This document shows, one piece after another, positions 61,201 to 64,000 of a DNA stretch of 64,000 nt (the stretch's first letter is position 1; each line of letters starts with the position of its first letter). The position numbers and the translations under genes were made by a program. The notes below the pieces were generated by a model. It made no database searches. It saw only the letters and a program-made list of their open reading frames with translations, and was not told the origin of the DNA. Origin of the DNA: Tubiluchus corallicola (lineage: Eukaryota > Animalia > Priapulida); contig JAQGDQ010001018.1 of assembly GCA_030141605.1 (NCBI GenBank), positions 1 to 64,000 of the forward strand, written 5' to 3'.

Positions 61201-63134
61201 TATATGTTTCGAGTAAGTTTAATTTATAATTTTTTTTTAAATATGGACAGCGAGTTGGCATTTTTAATAGCTGGAGCAATTGAATTCCATATGTAAGGGC
61301 CATTGTATTTAATAGAAAATTTTCTAACATTTAATAATTTTTGATCGTGAGAATTTTCCAGGCATTGACATATTTGACTAGTTGTTGTAAAACTTCTGTA
61401 TCTTTGACAAATCTGTGGGAATGGAATAAAATTTTCAAGCGATTTTGTTATTTTTTTCCTTATAAAATCGTGACCGGCACATTTTTTGCTCCACCTGATA
61501 CATTAAATCTAACCTAGACCCTTATAGTGATTAGTAAATTTGTTAGTCTCCGTATTCAGGCTGGCATTCCCGCTTTTGAAGAACGGTTAACCCTGGACGC
61601 ACTGCGAAACAGGACGGCAATATGGGAGATCTTGGAAAAGTTGACACCGAAGTGGACACCGGGAACGGCCCATGGCTATCACGCCACCTACGGTTTCTTG
61701 ATAGATGCGTTAATAGGGAAAGTGGATCCCAAAAACAGGACCGTCGGTCAGTTTTTCAGGGAGGAGATTGCGATGCCTCTTGGTGAGTGATTTCAGTTTT
61801 CTAGTTTAAACGCATTTCGGCTATGACTAGCTGTGCTTAAAAGAAAACAGGTTGATTTTTTATATCCTATCCCATTTTAAAGTAGGGCAAAAACATACGT
61901 TTTGCGTAAATATAACAGGACTATAACAGCACCAAATGGTTTCTGATAATTAGATAATATGTTAAGAACTTAATTAGCGGCCAGCGAGCCCAGTTAGAGA
62001 TGACAGCACAACTGAACATGATTTTCATTAGCACAAACATTTCATGAGCGTGTCACATGGCTTTGCGAAAGTGAAATTGAAGTAGAGATTCACTGTACAA
62101 CATTCAGTGTCATATGTAAAAACTCTGCAAATTTTAGATTTAATATTCAAATTTCAAATTTGCCATTGTGCTCACCCATGAGCTCTTGCACTACGTCACA
62201 ACTGAACATCTATGAACCGGGAAGCACAGGATCTTTTTTGTGCAATGCATTTCCGAGATGCAGCCGATAGTGCCGATCTGGCTAGCGAATAATAACACAG
62301 TGATGTTCGCTATTATCCTCAAAGACTGTGCACTCCACCAATGACTGATAATGCGCAAACTTTGCACTTGCCTTTGCTGCATTGTTGCTACTGTTGCTGA
62401 CAGTAAATGGATATTGCTGACTGTAGCGGATAGCCCTATAGGCTGAATAGGCTGAAGCCTAAGGCCCGGGATCAAAAGGGGCCCGCTAAAATAAAACGAA
62501 AAAAAAATTTTGTTGTAAAAAAAATAAATTGCCAAAAGAGCAAGGGGCCCGCCAAAATAAAATATAGAAAAAAGTTTTTTTTCAAAAGTCAGTCACTATA
62601 TTTCAAATCGGGTTTACACAAATCAAGTTTACACAATTTAAGTTTACACAATTCACGTTTACACAGTTTAAGTTCAAGTTCAAAATTTCAGTTTCCGAAT
62701 TTTTCTGGGGACAAAGTCAGTTATAATTTCTGAAAAGTCCATTTTTTTCAACATATCTGACTCAATATGCATCAGTGATAAATTGTTTAATTTGTCATCC
62801 TTTACAAACGACGAGAGCTCCACAAAAATACGTCAGCTCAGCAGTGTAGCAACATTTAAAAGGCCCGTTCCAAGCTCAAGCCTTAGGCCCATAAAATCAT
62901 AATCCGCCGCTGATTGCTGATATATATTCTGCCACAGGATTGGACATCAGGATAGGGCTGGAACCTGAAGGCTACAGGAGAATGTCCCGCTTGGGCAAGA
63001 CGAGCAAAACCTACCCAGAATTCCTCGAGATGCTTCGAGTTTTCCACGGCATGATGAAGAGGAAGCTGACCAATCCGACCCTCGCCAGACTGTTTAGAGA
63101 AGTCATTACGCCTCTCACCAACGATCTAGAAACG
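58213..63134 (+). CDS. Serine beta-lactamase-domain (class C / family VIII esterase-like) protein, three internal exons; gene continues beyond the window
   Basis: Exons 58213-58507 (VVDLWGGYAD..LSTTK SxxK..WPEFAQNGK..LLAHQ), 61560-61782 (AGIP..PKWTPGTAHGYHA..EEIAMPL), 62938-63134 (LDIRIGL..); GT-AG and in phase. Confidence 0.88.
58740..59059 (+). mobile_element. RTE-clade LINE 3' fragment with (GAA)n tail and 16-bp duplication
   Basis: RLRWYGHLKRR..GNRRRGRPKLRW..AWRRLI; flanks aatgtatatcaacgaa / aatgtatatcatcgaa. Confidence 0.88.
59379..59690 (+). mobile_element. Dispersed repeat starting TTAA-AGGAAAACAGG (Kolobok-like); related copies near 61837-62210 and 50524-50680
   Basis: Shared blocks tttctgataattagataat and gcact(a/t)cgtcacaa; right terminus not identified. 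Confidence 0.5.
60900..61335 (-). mobile_element. L2/Crack-like LINE 3' fragment
   Basis: Minus strand FSIKYNGPYIWNSIAPAIKNANSLSIF, then AATAAA and an aaatct-type tail. Confidence 0.65.
62421..62912. mobile_element. hAT-family MITE with 8-bp duplication
   Basis: attgctga|ctgtagcggat ... aatccgccgctg|attgctga. Confidence 0.8.
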
Positions 63135-63430
63135 GTATGTTTATTCACTTTGTTTCTTCCTGCTCAAAAAGGTTGTCATAATAATCAGTAATCAATAAAT
63201 CAGTACTCAATAATCAATAATCAGTGCTCAATAAATCAGTAATAACTTACAGTGTATAGAGTTACCAACGTATCGAACAGTTGTGTAGTATTGAAACTTA
63301 TAAATACTCATTATTTCTGTATTTTAGTTAGATTATAGAAAAATAACAATTATGTAGTATATAAAAACAACAACAGATTATAGGTTAACAAACAATTTTA
63401 ACGCATTGATTATAATGTTGCTGGGCTGAG

Positions 63431-63924
<494 letters not shown>

Positions 63925-64000
63925 GGGCTGAGTTTCGCCCTGTTTTGCGTTCAAACTTTCACTCACTCAAGGGCACAGAATATGCGGTCTGTATGTAATT

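Overview
AT-rich, intron-rich animal genomic DNA, probably an invertebrate (the 5S-derived sequence resembles the mollusc/annelid type; taxon is an inference). Most entries in the ORF track are microsatellite or intron artefacts, so genes were rebuilt by reading GT-AG exons. The window holds a cluster of S1A (trypsin/chymotrypsin-fold) serine protease genes. Two are atypical: gene 1 (+, 993-4950, 5' end not found) and gene 2 (-, 19190-12015, complete). Both keep His/Asp/Ser but have lost two of the three core disulfides, have a remodelled S1 pocket and end in a GPI-signal-like tail. There is also an inverted partial duplicate of gene 2 just 3' of it, an orphan C-terminal fragment of a third atypical paralogue, a canonical trypsin (-, 41481-25932) whose linking exon could not be found, and two orphan 3' exons of another trypsin. 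The right end holds three exons of a serine beta-lactamase-domain gene. Introns and spacers carry a near-full-length CR1-group LINE with a 2A-like motif, RTE and other LINE 3' fragments, solo LTRs (one fused to an antisense tRNA-His copy), a 5S rRNA-headed SINE-like element, hAT/piggyBac/Kolobok-type MITEs, minisatellites and microsatellites.
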